This document shows positions 1 through 15,000 of a DNA stretch of 64,000 nucleotides, piece by piece. The translations under genes and the position numbers were made by a program. The stretch's first letter is position 1. Every line of letters begins with the position of its first letter. Source of the stretch: Eledone cirrhosa (taxonomy: Eukaryota); contig OZ024740.1 of the NCBI GenBank assembly GCA_964016885.1, positions 248,001 through 312,000 of the forward strand. The letters are read 5' to 3'. The notes beneath the pieces are model-generated. The model was not told where the DNA came from. It saw only the letters and a program-made list of their open reading frames with translations, and ran no database searches.

Positions 1-3000
1 AGACAGTATGGTGTGTGTGAGAGTAAGAGAGTATGGTGTGTCTGAGAGAGACAGTATGGTGTGTGTGAGAGAGACAGTATGGTGTGTGAGAGTGAGACAG
101 TATGGTGTGTGTGAGAGAGAAAGTATGGTGTGTGTGAGAGAGACAGTATGGTGTGTGTGAGAGAGACAGTATGGTGTGTGTGAGAGACTGTATGGTGTGT
201 GAGAGAGAGACAGTATGGTGTGTGTGAGAGACTGTATGGTGTGTGAGAGAGACAGTATGGTGTGTGAGAGAGAGACAGTATGGTGTGTGAGAGAGAGACA
301 GTATGGTGTGTGTGAGAGAGAGACAGTACGCTGTGTGTGAGAGACAGTATGGTGTGTGAGAGAGACAGTATGGTGTGTGTGAGAGAGACGGTATGGTGTG
401 TGAGAGAGAGACAGTATGGTGTGTGTGAGAGACTGTATGGTGTGTGAGAGAGTCAGTATGGTGTGTGAGAGAGACAGTATGGTGTGTGAGAGAGACAGTA
501 TGGTGTGTGTGAGAGACAGTATGGTGTGTGTGCGAGAGAGACAGTACGGTGTGTGTGTGAGAGACAGTATGGTGTGTGCGTGAGAGAGACAGTATGGTGT
601 GTGTGTGTGAGAGGGACAGTATGGTGTGTGTGTGAGAGAGACAGTTTGGTGTGTGTGAGAGACAGTAGGGTGTGTGTGAGAGAGAGACAGTATGGTGTGT
701 GTGTGAGAGAGACAGTATGTTGTGTGTGTGAGAGAAAGTATGGTGTGTGTGTGAGAGAGACAGTATGGTGTGTGTGAGAGAGAGACAGTATGGTGTGTGT
801 GAGAGAGAGACAGTATGGTGTGTGAGAGAGACAGTATGGTGTGTGAGAGAGACAGTATGGTGTGTGTCAGAGAGACAGTATGGTGTGTGTCAGAGAGACA
901 GTATGGTGTGTGTGAGAGAGAGACAGTATGGTGTGTGTGAGAGAAAGAGAGTATGGTGTGTGTGAGAGAGAGAGTATGGTGTGTGAGAGAGACAGTATGG
1001 TGTGTGAGAGAGAGAGTATGGTGTGTGTGAGAGAGATAGTATGGTGTGTGAGAGAGACAATATGGTGTGTGTGAGACAGAGACAGTATGGTGTGTGTGCG
1101 AGAAAGAGAGTATGGTGTGTGTGAGAGAGACAGTATGGCGTGTGTGTGAGAGACAGAATGGTGTGTGTCAGAGAGATAGTATGGTGTGTGTATGAGACAG
1201 TATGGTGTGTGCGAGAGAGACAGTATGGTGTGTGTGAGACAGTATGGTGTATGTGTGAGAGAGACAGTATGGTGTGTGTGAGAGAGACAGCATGGTGTGT
1301 GTGAGAGAGACAGCATGGTGTGTGTGAGACAGACAGTATGGTGTTTATGAGACAGACAGTATGGTGTGTGTGAGACAGACAGTATGGTGTGTGAGAGAGA
1401 GACAGTATGGTGTGTGTGAGAGACAGTATGGTGTGTGTGAGAGAGACAGCATGGTGTGTGTGAGAGACAGTATGGTGTGTGTGAGAGACAGTATGGTGTG
1501 TGTGAGAGAGACAGTATCATGTGTGTGAGAGAGACAGTATGGTGTGTGTGAGAGACAGACAGTATGGTGTATGTGAGAGACAGACAGTATGGTGTGTGTG
1601 AGAGAGACAGTATGGTGTGTGAGAGAGACAGTATGGTGTGTGAGAGAGACAGTATGGTGTGTGTGAGAGACAGTATGGTGTGTGTGAGAGAGACAGCATG
1701 GTGTGTGTGAGAGACAGTATGGTGTGTGTGAGAGAGACAGTATCATGTGTGTGAGAGAGACAGTATGGTGTGTGTGAGAGACAGACAGTATGGTGTGTGT
1801 GAGAGAGACATTATCGTGTGTGTGTGAGAGACAGTATGGTGTGTGTGAGAGACAGACAGTCTGGTGTGTGTGTGAGACAGACAGTATGGTGTGTGTGAGA
1901 GAGACAGACAGTATGGTGTGTGTGAGAGAGACAGTATGGTGTGTGAGAGAGACAGAATGGTGTGTGAGAGAGAGACAGTATGGTGTATGTGTGAGAGAGA
2001 CTGTATGGTGTGTGAGAGAGACAGTATGGTGTGTGAGAGAGACAGTATGGTGTGTGAGAGAGACAGTATGGTGTGTGAGAGAGACAGTATGGTGTGTGAG
2101 AGAGACAGTATGGTGTGTGAGAGAGACAGTATGGTGTGTGTGAGAGACAGCATGGTGTGTGTGAGAGAGACAATATGGTGTGTGTGAGAGAGACAGTATG
2201 GTGTGTGTGAGAGAGACAGTATGGTGTGTGCGAGAGAGACAGTATGGTGTGTGCGAGAGAGACAGTATGGTGTGTGTGAGAGAGAGACAGTATGGTGTGT
2301 GTGTGAGAGAGACAGTATGGTGTGTGTGTGAGAGACAGTATGGTGTGTGTGTGAGAGAGACAGTATGGTGTGTGTGAGAGAGACATTATGGCGTGTGTGA
2401 GAGAGAGACAGTATGGTGTGTGTGAGAGAAAGAGAGTATGGTGTGTGTGAGAGAGACAGTATGGTGTGTGTGAGAGAGACAGTATGGTGTGTGTGTGAGA
2501 GACAGTATGGTGTGTGTGTGAGACAGACAGTATGGTGTGTGAGAGAGACAGTATGGTGTGTGAGAGAGAGACAGTATGGTGTGCGAGAGAGACAGTATGG
2601 TGTGTGTGTGAGACAGACAGTATGGTGTGTGAGAGAGACAGTATGGTGTGTGAGAGAGAGACAGTGTGGTCTGTGAGAGAGACAGTATGGTGTGTGTGTG
2701 AGACAGACAGTATGGTGTGTGAGAGAGACAGTATGGTGTGTGAGAGAGAGACAGTATGGTGTGTGAGAGAGACAGTATGGTGTGTGTGTGAGACAGACAG
2801 TATGGTGTGTGAGAGAGACAGTATGGTGTGTGAGAGAGAGACAGTATGGTGTGTGAGAGAGAGACAGTATGGTGTGTGAGAGAGAGACAGTATGGTGTGT
2901 GAGAGAGACTGTATGGTGTGTGAGAGAGACAGTATGGTGGGCGAGAGAGAGACAGTATGGTGTGTGAAAGAGACAGTATGGTGTGTGTGAGAGAGACAGT

Positions 3001-6000
3001 ATGGTGTGAGAGAGAGAGTATGGTGTGTGAGAGAGACAGTATGGTGTGTGGGAGAGAAAGAGAGTATGGTGTGTGTGAGAGAAAGAGAGTATGATGTGTG
3101 TGAAAGAGACAGTATGGTGTGTGTGAGAGAGACAGTATGGTGTGTGTGAGAGAGACAGTATGGTGTGTGAGAGAGAGACAGTATGGTGTGTGTGAGAGAG
3201 AGACAGTATGGTCTGTGTGAGAGAGACAGTATGGTGTGTGAGAGAGAGACAGTATGGTGTGTGTGTGAGAGAGACAGTATGGTGTGTGTGAGAGAGACAG
3301 TATTGTGTGTGTGAGAGAGAGACAGTATGGTGTGTGTGAGAGAGAGAGAGTATGGTGTGTGTGTGAGAGAGACAGTATGGTGTGTGTGAGAGAGACAGTA
3401 TGGTGTGTGAGAGAGAGAGTATGGTGTGTGTGTGAGAGACAGAATGGTGTGTGTCAGAGAGACAGTATGGTGTGTGTGAGAGACAGTATGGTGTATGTGT
3501 GAGAGAGACAGTATGGTGTGTGTGAGAGAGACAGCATGGTGTGTGTGAGACAGACAGTATGGTGTGTGTGAGACAGACAGTATGGTGTGTGAGACAGACA
3601 GTATGGTGTGTGAGAGAGACAGTATGGTGTGTGTGAGAGAGACAGTATGGTGTGTGTGAGACAGACAGTATGGTGTGTGAGAGAGAGACAGTATGGTGTG
3701 AGAGAGAGACAGCATGGTGTGTGAGAGAGAGACAGTATGGTGTGTGTGAGACAGACAGTATGGTGTGTGTGAGACAGACAGTATGGTGTGTGAGAGAGAC
3801 AGTATGGTGTGTGTGAGAGAGACAGTATGGTGTGAGAGAGAGACAGTATGGTGTGTGAGAGAGAGACAGTATGGTGTGTGTGAGACAGACAGTATGGTGT
3901 GTGAGAGAGACAGTATGGTGTGTGTGAGACAGACATTATGGTGTGTGAGACAGACAGTATGGTGTGTGAGAGAGAGACAGTATGATGTGAGAGAGAGACA
4001 GCATGGTGTGTGAGAGAGACAGTATGGTGTGTGTGAGACAGACAGTATGGTGTGTGTGAGACAGACAGTATGGTGTGTGAGAGAGACAGTATGGTTCGTG
4101 TGAGAGAGACAGTATGGTGTGTGAGAGAGAGACAGTATGGTGTGTGTGAGAGAGACAGTATGGTGTGTGTGAGAGAGACAGTATGGTGTGTGTGAGAGAC
4201 AGTATGGTGTGTGTGTGAGAGACAGACAGTATGGTGTGTGTGAGAGAGACAGTATGGTGGGTGAGAGAGAGACAGTATGGTGTGTGTGCGAGAGAGACAG
4301 TATGGTGTGTGTGTGAGAGAGACAGTATGGTGTGTGAGAGAGAGACAGTATGGTGTGTGTGAGAGACAGTATGGTGTGTGTGAGAGAGACAGTTTGGTGT
4401 GTGTGAGAGAGACAGTATGGTGTGTGTGAGAGACAGTATGGTGTGTGTGAGAGAGACAGTATGGTGTGAGAGAGAGAGTATGGTGTGTGAGAGAGACAGT
4501 ATGGTGTGTGTGAGCGAGACAGTATGGTGTGTGAGAGAGAGAGTATGGTGTGTGTGAGAGAGACAGTATGGTGTGTGAGAGAGAGAGTATGTTGTGTGTG
4601 TGAGAGACAGAATGGTGTGACAGAGACAGTATGGTGTGTGTGAGAGTAAGAGAGTATGGTGTGTCTGAGAGAGACAGTATGGTGTGTGTGAGAGAGACAG
4701 TATGGTGTGTGAGAGTGAGACAGTATGGTGTGTGTGAGAGAGACAGTATGGTGTGTGTGAGAGAGACAGTATGGTGTGTGTGAGAGAGACAGTATGGTGT
4801 GTGTGAGAGAGACAGTATGGTGTGTGTGAGAGACTGTATGGTGTGTGAGAGAGAGACAGTATGGTGTGTGTGAGAGACTGTATGGTGTGTGAGAGAGACA
4901 GTATGGTGTGTGAGAGAGAGACAGTATGGTGTGTGAGAGAGAGACAGTATGGTGTGTGTGAGAGAGAGACAGTACGCTGTGTGTGAGAGACAGTATGGTG
5001 TGTGAGAGAGACAGTATGGTGTGTGTGAGAGAGACGGTATGGTGTGTGAGAGAGAGACAGTATGGTGTGTGTGAGAGACTGTATGGTGTGTGAGAGAGTC
5101 AGTATGGTGTGTGAGAGAGACAGTATGGTGTGTGAGAGAGACAGTATGGTGTGTGTGAGAGACAGTATGGTGTGTGTGAGAGAGAGACAGTACGGTGTGT
5201 GTGTGAGAGACAGTATGGTGTGTGCGTGAGAGAGACAGTATGGTGTGTGTGTGTGAGAGGGACAGTATGGTGTGTGTGTGAGAGAGACAGTTTGGTGTGT
5301 GTGAGAGACAGTAGGGTGTGTGTGAGAGAGAGACAGTATGGTGTGTGTGTGAGAGAGACAGTATGTTGTGTGTGTGAGAGAAAGTATGGTGTGTGTGTGA
5401 GAGAGACAGTATGGTGTGTGTGAGAGAGAGACAGTATGGTGTGTGTGAGAGAGAGACAGTATGGTGTGTGAGAGAGACAGTATGGTGTGTGAGAGAGACA
5501 GTATGGTGTGTGTCAGAGAGACAGTATGGTGTGTGTCAGAGAGACAGTATGGTGTGTGCGAGAGAGAGACAGTATGGTGTGTGTGAGAGAAAGAGAGTAT
5601 GGTGTGTGTGAGAGAGAGAGTATGGTGTGTGAGAGAGACAGTATGGTGTGTGAGAGAGAGAGTATGGTGTGTGTGAGAGAGATAGTATGGTGTGTGAGAG
5701 AGACAATATGGTGTGTGTGAGACAGAGACAGTATGGTGTGTGTGCGAGAAAGAGAGTATGGTGTGTGTGAGAGAGACAGTATGGCGTGTGTGTGAGAGAC
5801 AGAATGGTGTGTGTCAGAGATAGTATGGTGTGTGTATGAGACAGTATGGTGTGTGCGAGAGAGACAGTATGGTGTGTGTGAGACAGTATGGTGTATGTGT
5901 GAGAGAGACAGTATGGTGTGTGTGAGAGAGACAGCATGGTGTGTGTGAGAGAGACATTATCGTGTGTGTGTGAGAGACAGTATGGTGTGTGTGAGAGACA

Positions 6001-9000
6001 GACAGTCTGGTGTGTGTGTGAGACAGACAGTATGGTGTGTGTGAGAGAGACAGACAGTATGGTGTGTGTGAGAGAGACAGTATGGTGTGTGAGAGAGACA
6101 GAATGGTGTGTGAGAGAGAGACAGTATGGTGTATGTGTGAGAGAGACTGTATGGTGTGTGAGAGAGACAGTATGGTGTGTGAGAGAGACAGTATGGTGTG
6201 TGAGAGAGACAGTATGGTGTGTGAGAGAGACAGTATGGTGTGTGAGAGAGACAGTATGGTGTGTGAGAGAGACAGTATGGTGTGTGTGAGAGACAGCATG
6301 GTGTGTGTGAGAGAGACAATATGGTGTGTGTGAGAGAGACAGTATGGTGTGTGTGAGAGAGACAGTATGGTGTGTGCGAGAGAGACAGTATGGTGTGTGC
6401 GAGAGAGACAGTATGGTGTGTGTGAGAGAGAGACAGTATGGTGTGTGTGTGAGAGAGACAGTATGGTGTGTGTGTGAGAGACAGTATGGTGTGTGTGTGA
6501 GAGAGACAGTATGGTGTGTGTGAGAGAGACATTATGGCGTGTGTGAGAGAGAGACAGTATGGTGTGTGTGAGAGAAAGAGAGTATGGTGTGTGTGAGAGA
6601 GACAGTATGGTGTGTGTGAGAGAGACAGTATGGTGTGTGTGTGAGAGACAGTATGGTGTGTGTGTGAGACAGACAGTATGGTGTGTGAGAGAGACAGTAT
6701 GGTGTGTGAGAGAGAGACAGTATGGTGTGCGAGAGAGACAGTATGGTGTGTGTGTGAGACAGACAGTATGGTGTGTGAGAGAGACAGTATGGTGTGTGAG
6801 AGAGAGACAGTGTGGTCTGTGAGAGAGACAGTATGGTGTGTGTGTGAGACAGACAGTATGGTGTGTGAGAGAGACAGTATGGTGTGTGAGAGAGACAGTA
6901 TGGTGTGTGAGAGAGACAGTATGGTGTGTGTGTGAGACAGACAGTATGGTGTGTGAGAGAGACAGTATGGTGTGTGAGAGAGAGACAGTATGGTGTGTGA
7001 GAGAGAGACAGTATGGTGTGTGAGAGAGAGACAGTATGGTGTGTGAGAGAGACTGTATGGTGTGTGAGAGAGACAGTATGGTGGGCGAGAGAGAGACAGT
7101 ATGGTGTGTGAAAGAGACAGTATGGTGTGTGTGAGAGAGACAGTATGGTGTGAGAGAGAGAGTATGGTGTGTGAGAGAGACAGTATGGTGTGTGGGAGAG
7201 AAAGAGAGTATGGTGTGTGTGAGAGAAAGAGAGTATGATGTGTGTGAAAGAGACAGTATGGTGTGTGTGAGAGAGACAGTATGGTGTGTGTGAGAGAGAC
7301 AGTATGGTGTGTGAGAGAGAGACAGTATGGTGTGTGTGAGAGAGAGACAGTATGGTGTGTGTGAGAGAGACAGTATGGTGTGTGAGAGAGAGACAGTATG
7401 GTGTGTGTGTGAGAGAGACAGTATGGTGTGTGTGAGAGAGACAGTATTGTGTGTGTGAGAGAGAGACAGTATGGTGTGTGTGAGAGAGAGAGAGTATGGT
7501 GTGTGTGTGAGAGAGACAGTATGGTGTGTGTGAGAGAGACAGTATGGTGTGTGAGAGAGAGAGTATGGTGTGTGTGTGAGAGACAGAATGGTGTGTGTCA
7601 GAGAGACAGTATGGTGTGTGTGAGAGACAGTATGGTGTATGTGTGAGAGAGACAGTATGGTGTGTGTGAGAGAGACAGCATGGTGTGTGTGAGACAGACA
7701 GTATGGTGTGTGTGAGACAGACAGTATGGTGTGTGAGACAGACAGTATGGTGTGTGAGAGAGACAGTATGGTGTGTGTGAGAGAGACAGTATGGTGTGTG
7801 TGAGACAGACAGTATGGTGTGTGAGAGAGAGACAGTATGGTGTGAGAGAGAGACAGCATGGTGTGTGAGAGAGAGACAGTATGGTGTGTGTGAGACAGAC
7901 AGTATGGTGTGTGTGAGACAGACAGTATGGTGTGTGAGAGAGACAGTATGGTGTGTGTGAGAGAGACAGTATGGTGTGAGAGAGAGACAGTATGGTGTGT
8001 GAGAGAGAGACAGTATGGTGTGTGTGAGACAGACAGTATGGTGTGTGAGAGAGACAGTATGGTGTGTGTGAGACAGACATTATGGTGTGTGAGACAGACA
8101 GTATGGTGTGTGAGAGAGAGACAGTATGATGTGAGAGAGAGACAGCATGGTGTGTGAGAGAGACAGTATGGTGTGTGTGAGACAGACAGTATGGTGTGTG
8201 TGAGACAGACAGTATGGTGTGTGAGAGAGACAGTATGGTTCGTGTGAGAGAGACAGTATGGTGTGTGAGAGAGAGACAGTATGGTGTGTGTGAGAGAGAC
8301 AGTATGGTGTGTGTGAGAGAGACAGTATGGTGTGTGTGAGAGACAGTATGGTGTGTGTGTGAGAGACAGACAGTATGGTGTGTGTGAGAGAGACAGTATG
8401 GTGGGTGAGAGAGAGACAGTATGGTGTGTGTGCGAGAGAGACAGTATGGTGTGTGTGTGAGAGAGACAGTATGGTGTGTGAGAGAGAGACAGTATGGTGT
8501 GTGTGAGAGACAGTATGGTGTGTGTGAGAGAGACAGTTTGGTGTGTGTGAGAGAGACAGTATGGTGTGTGTGAGAGACAGTATGGTGTGTGTGAGAGAGA
8601 CAGTATGGTGTGAGAGAGAGAGTATGGTGTGTGAGAGAGACAGTATGGTGTGTGTGAGCGAGACAGTATGGTGTGTGAGAGAGAGAGTATGGTGTGTGTG
8701 AGAGAGACAGTATGGTGTGTGAGAGAGAGAGTATGTTGTGTGTGTGAGAGACAGAATGGTGTGACAGAGACAGTATGGTGTGTGTGAGAGTAAGAGAGTA
8801 TGGTGTGTCTGAGAGAGACAGTATGGTGTGTGTGAGAGAGACAGTATGGTGTGTGAGAGTGAGACAGTATGGTGTGTGTGAGAGAGACAGTATGGTGTGT
8901 GTGAGAGAGACAGTATGGTGTGTGTGAGAGAGACAGTATGGTGTGTGTGAGAGAGACAGTATGGTGTGTGTGAGAGACTGTATGGTGTGTGAGAGAGAGA

Positions 9001-12000
9001 CAGTATGGTGTGTGTGAGAGACTGTATGGTGTGTGAGAGAGACAGTATGGTGTGTGAGAGAGAGACAGTATGGTGTGTGAGAGAGAGACAGTATGGTGTG
9101 TGTGAGAGAGAGACAGTACGCTGTGTGTGAGAGACAGTATGGTGTGTGAGAGAGACAGTATGGTGTGTGTGAGAGAGACGGTATGGTGTGTGAGAGAGAG
9201 ACAGTATGGTGTGTGTGAGAGACTGTATGGTGTGTGAGAGAGTCAGTATGGTGTGTGAGAGAGACAGTATGGTGTGTGAGAGAGACAGTATGGTGTGTGT
9301 GAGAGACAGTATGGTGTGTGTGAGAGAGAGACAGTACGGTGTGTGTGTGAGAGACAGTATGGTGTGTGCGTGAGAGAGACAGTATGGTGTGTGTGTGTGA
9401 GAGGGACAGTATGGTGTGTGTGTGAGAGAGACAGTTTGGTGTGTGTGAGAGACAGTAGGGTGTGTGTGAGAGAGAGACAGTATGGTGTGTGTGTGAGAGA
9501 GACAGTATGTTGTGTGTGTGAGAGAAAGTATGGTGTGTGTGTGAGAGAGACAGTATGGTGTGTGTGAGAGAGAGACAGTATGGTGTGTGTGAGAGAGAGA
9601 CAGTATGGTGTGTGAGAGAGACAGTATGGTGTGTGAGAGAGACAGTATGGTGTGTGTCAGAGAGACAGTATGGTGTGTGTCAGAGAGACAGTATGGTGTG
9701 TGCGAGAGAGAGACAGTATGGTGTGTGTGAGAGAAAGAGAGTATGGTGTGTGTGAGAGAGAGAGTATGGTGTGTGAGAGAGACAGTATGGTGTGTGAGAG
9801 AGAGAGTATGGTGTGTGTGAGAGAGATAGTATGGTGTGTGAGAGAGACAATATGGTGTGTGTGAGACAGAGACAGTATGGTGTGTGTGCGAGAAAGAGAG
9901 TATGGTGTGTGTGAGAGAGACAGTATGGCGTGTGTGTGAGAGACAGAATGGTGTGTGTCAGAGATAGTATGGTGTGTGTATGAGACAGTATGGTGTGTGC
10001 GAGAGAGACAGTATGGTGTGTGTGAGACAGTATGGTGTATGTGTGAGAGAGACAGTATGGTGTGTGTGAGAGAGACAGCATGGTGTGTGTGAGAGAGACA
10101 GCATGGTGTGTGTGAGACAGACAGTATGGTGTGTGTGAGACAGACAGTATGGTGTGTGTGAGACAGACAGTATGGTGTGTGAGAGAGAGACAGTATGGTG
10201 TGTGTGAGAGACAGTATGGTGTGTGTGAGAGAGACAGCATGGTGTGTGTGAGAGACAGTATGGTGTGTGTGAGAGACAGTATGGTGTGTGTGAGAGAGAC
10301 AGTATCATGTGTGTGAGAGAGACAGTATGGTGTGTGTGAGAGACAGACAGTATGGTGTATGTGAGAGACAGACAGTATGGTGTGTGTGAGAGAGACAGTA
10401 TGGTGTGTGAGAGAGACAGTATGGTGTGTGAGAGAGACAGTATGGTGTGTGTGAGAGACAGTATGGTGTGTGTGAGAGAGACAGCATGGTGTGTGTGAGA
10501 GACAGTATGGTGTGTGTGAGAGACAGTATGGTGTGTGTGAGAGAGACAGTATCATGTGTGTGAGAGAGACAGTATGGTGTGTGAGAGACAGACAGTATGG
10601 TGTGTGTGAGAGACAGACAGTATGGTGTGTGTGAGAGAGACAGTATCGTGTGTGTGTGAGAGACAGTATGGTGTGTGTGAGAGACAGTATGGTGTGTGTG
10701 AGAGACAGTATGGTGTGTGTGAGAGACAGTATGGTGTGTGTGAGAGACAGTATGGTGTGTGTGAGAGACAGTATGGTGTGTGTGAGAGACAGTATGGTGT
10801 GTGAGAGAGACAGTATGGTGTGTGTGAGAGACAGCATGGTGTGTGTGAGAGAGACAATATGGTGTGTGTGAGAGAGACAGTATGGTGTGTGTGAGAGAGA
10901 CAGTATGGTGGGTGAGAGAGACAGAATGGTGTGTGAGAGAGAGACAGTATGGTGTATGTGTGAGAGAGACTGTATGGTGTGTGAGAGAGACAGTATGGTG
11001 TGTGAGAGAGACAGTATGGTGTGTGAGAGAGACAGTATGGTGTGTGAGAGAGACAGTATGGTGTGTGAGAGAGACAGTATGGTGTGTGAGAGAGACAGTA
11101 TGGTGTGTGTGAGAGACAGCATGGTGTGTGTGAGAGAGACAATATGGTGTGTGTGAGAGAGACAGTATGGTGTGTGTGAGAGAGACAGTATGGTGTGTGC
11201 GAGAGAGACAGTATGGTGTGTGCGAGAGAGACAGTATGGTGTGTGTGAGAGAGAGACAGTATGGTGTGTGTGTGAGAGAGACAGTATGGTGTGTGTGTGA
11301 GAGACAGTATGGTGTGTGTGTGAGAGAGACAGTATGGTGTGTGTGAGAGAGACATTATGGCGTGTGTGAGAGAGAGACAGTATGGTGTGTGTGAGAGAAA
11401 GAGAGTATGGTGTGTGTGAGAGAGACAGTATGGTGTGTGTGAGAGAGACAGTATGGTGTGTGTGTGAGAGACAGTATGGTGTGTGTGTGAGACAGACAGT
11501 ATGGTGTGTGAGAGAGACAGTATGGTGTGTGAGAGAGAGACAGTATGGTGTGTGAGAGAGACAGTATGGTGTGTGTGTGAGACAGACAGTATGGTGTGTG
11601 AGAGAGACAGTATGGTGTGTGAGAGAGAGACAGTGTGGTCTGTGAGAGAGACAGTATGGTGTGTGTGTGAGACAGACAGTATGGTGTGTGAGAGAGACAG
11701 TATGGTGTGTGAGAGAGAGACAGTATGGTGTGTGAGAGAGACAGTATGGTGTGTGTGTGAGACAGACAGTATGGTGTGTGAGAGAGAGACAGTATGGTGT
11801 GTGAGAGAGAGACAGTATGGTGTGTGAGAGAGAGACAGTATGGTGTGTGAGAGAGAGACAGTATGGTGTGTGAGAGAGACTGTATGGTGTGTGAGAGAGA
11901 CAGTATGGTGGGCGAGAGAGAGACAGTATGGTGTGTGAAAGAGACAGTATGGTGTGTGTGAGAGAGACAGTATGGTGTGAGAGAGAGAGTATGGTGTGTG

Positions 12001-15000
12001 AGAGAGACAGTATGGTGTGTGTGAGAGAGACAGTATGGTGTGTGGGAGAGAAAGAGAGTATGGTGAGTGTGAGAGAAAGAGAGTATGGTGTGTGTGAAAG
12101 AGACAGTATGGTGTGTGTGAGAGAGACAGTATGGTGTGTGAGAGAGAGACAGTATGGTGTGTGTGAGAGAGAGACAGTATGGTGTGTGTGAGAGAGACAG
12201 TATGGTGTGTGAGAGAGAGACAGTATGGTGTGTGTGTGAGAGAGACAGTATGGTGTGTGTGAGAGAGACAGTATTGTGTGTGTGAGAGAGAGACATTATG
12301 GTGTGTGTGAGAGAGAGAGAGTATGGTGTGTGAGAGAGAGAGTATGGTGTGTGTGTGAGAGACAGAATGGTGTGTGTCAGAGAGACAGTATGGTGTGTGT
12401 GAGAGACAGTATGGTGTATGTGTGAGAGAGACAGTATGGTGTGTGTGAGAGAGACAGCATGGTGTGTGTGAGACAGACAGTATGGTGTGTGTGAGACAGA
12501 CAGTATGGTGTGTGAGACAGACAGTATGGTGTGTGAGAGAGACAGTATGGTGTGTGTGAGAGAGACAGTATGGTGTGTGTGAGACAGACAGTATGGTGTG
12601 TGAGAGAGAGACAGTATGGTGTGAGAGAGAGACAGCATGGTGTGTGAGAGAGAGACAGTATGGTGTGTGTGAGACAGACAGTATGGTGTGTGTGAGACAG
12701 ACAGTATGGTGTGTGAGAGAGACAGTATGGTGTGTGTGAGAGAGACAGTATGGTGTGAGAGAGAGACAGTATGGTGTGTGAGAGAGAGACAGTATGGTGT
12801 GTGTGAGACAGACAGTATGGTGTGTGAGAGAGACAGTATGGTGTGTGTGAGACAGACATTATGGTGTGTGAGACAGACAGTATGGTGTGTGAGAGAGAGA
12901 CAGTATGATGCGAGAGAGAGACAGCATGGTGTGTGAGAGAGACAGTATGGTGTGTGTGAGACAGACAGTATGGTGTGTGTGAGACAGACAGTATGGTGTG
13001 TGAGAGAGACAGTATGGTTTGTGTGAGAGAGACAGTATGGTGTGTGAGAGAGAGACAGTATGGTGTGTGTGAGAGAGACAGTATGGTGTGTGTGAGAGAG
13101 ACAGTATGGTGTGTGTGAGAGACAGTATGGTGTGTGTGTGAGAGACAGACAGTATGGTGTGTGTGAGAGAGACAGTATGGTGGGTGAGAGAGAGACAGTA
13201 TGGTGTGTGTGCGAGAGAGACAGTATGGTGTGTGTGTGAGAGAGACAGTATGGTGTGTGAGAGAGAGACAGTATGGTGTGTGTGAGAGACAGTATGGTGT
13301 GTGTGAGAGAGACAGTTTGGTGTGTGTGAGAGAGACAGTATGGTGTGTGTGAGAGACAGTATGGTGTGTGTGAGAGAGACAGTATGGTGTGAGAGAGAGA
13401 GTATGGTGTGTGAGAGAGACAGTATGGTGTGTGTGAGCGAGACAGTATGGTGTGTGAGAGAGAGAGTATGGTGTGTGTGAGAGAGACAGTATGGTGTGTG
13501 AGAGAGAGAGTATGTTGTGTGTGTGAGAGACAGAATGGTGTGACAGAGACAGTATGGTGTGTGTGAGAGTAAGAGAGTATGGTGTGTCTGAGAGAGACAG
13601 TATGGTGTGTGTGAGAGAGACAGTATGGTGTGTGAGAGTGAGACAGTATGGTGTGTGTGAGAGAGACAGTATGGTGTGTGTGAGAGAGACAGTATGGTGT
13701 GTGTGAGAGAGACAGTATGGTGTGTGTGAGAGAGACAGTATGGTGTGTGTGAGAGACTGTATGGTGTGTGAGAGAGAGACAGTATGGTGTGTGTGAGAGA
13801 CTGTATGGTGTGTGAGAGAGACAGTATGGTGTGTGAGAGAGAGACAGTATGGTGTGTGAGAGAGAGACAGTATGGTGTGTGTGAGAGAGAGACAGTACGC
13901 TGTGTGTGAGAGACAGTATGGTGTGTGAGAGAGACAGTATGGTGTGTGTGAGAGAGACGGTATGGTGTGTGAGAGAGAGACAGTATGGTGTGTGTGAGAG
14001 ACTGTATGGTGTGTGAGAGAGTCAGTATGGTGTGTGAGAGAGACAGTATGGTGTGTGAGAGAGACAGTATGGTGTGTGTGAGAGACAGTATGGTGTGTGT
14101 GAGAGAGAGACAGTACGGTGTGTGTGTGAGAGACAGTATGGTGTGTGCGTGAGAGAGACAGTATGGTGTGTGTGTGTGAGAGGGACAGTATGGTGTGTGT
14201 GTGAGAGAGACAGTTTGGTGTGTGTGAGAGACAGTAGGGTGTGTGTGAGAGAGAGACAGTATGGTGTGTGTGTGAGAGAGACAGTATGTTGTGTGTGTGA
14301 GAGAAAGTATGGTGTGTGTGTGAGAGAGACAGTATGGTGTGTGTGAGAGAGAGACAGTATGGTGTGTGTGAGAGAGAGACAGTATGGTGTGTGAGAGAGA
14401 CAGTATGGTGTGTGAGAGAGACAGTATGGTGTGTGTCAGAGAGACAGTATGGTGTGTGTCAGAGAGACAGTATGGTGTGTGTGAGAGAGAGACAGTATGG
14501 TGTGTGTGAGAGAAAGAGAGTATGGTGTGTGCGAGAGAGAGAGTATGGTGTGTGAGAGAGACAGTATGGTGTGTGAGAGAGAGAGTATGGTGTGTGTGAG
14601 AGAGATAGTATGGTGTGTGAGAGAGACAATATGGTGTGTGTGAGACAGAGACAGTATGGTGTGTGTGCGAGAAAGAGAGTATGGTGTGTGTGAGAGAGAC
14701 AGTATGGCGTGTGTGTGAGAGACAGAATGGTGTGTGTCAGAGAGATAGTATGGTGTGTGTATGAGACAGTATGGTGTGTGCGAGAGAGACAGTATGGTGT
14801 GTGTGAGACAGTATGGTGTATGTGTGAGAGAGACAGTATGGTGTGTGTGAGAGAGACAGCATGGTGTGTGTGAGAGAGACAGCATGGTGTGTGTGAGAGA
14901 GACAGCATGGTGTGTGTGAGACAGACAGTATGGTGTGTGTGAGACAGACAGTATGGTGTGTGTGAGACAGACAGTATGGTGTGTGAGAGAGAGACAGTAT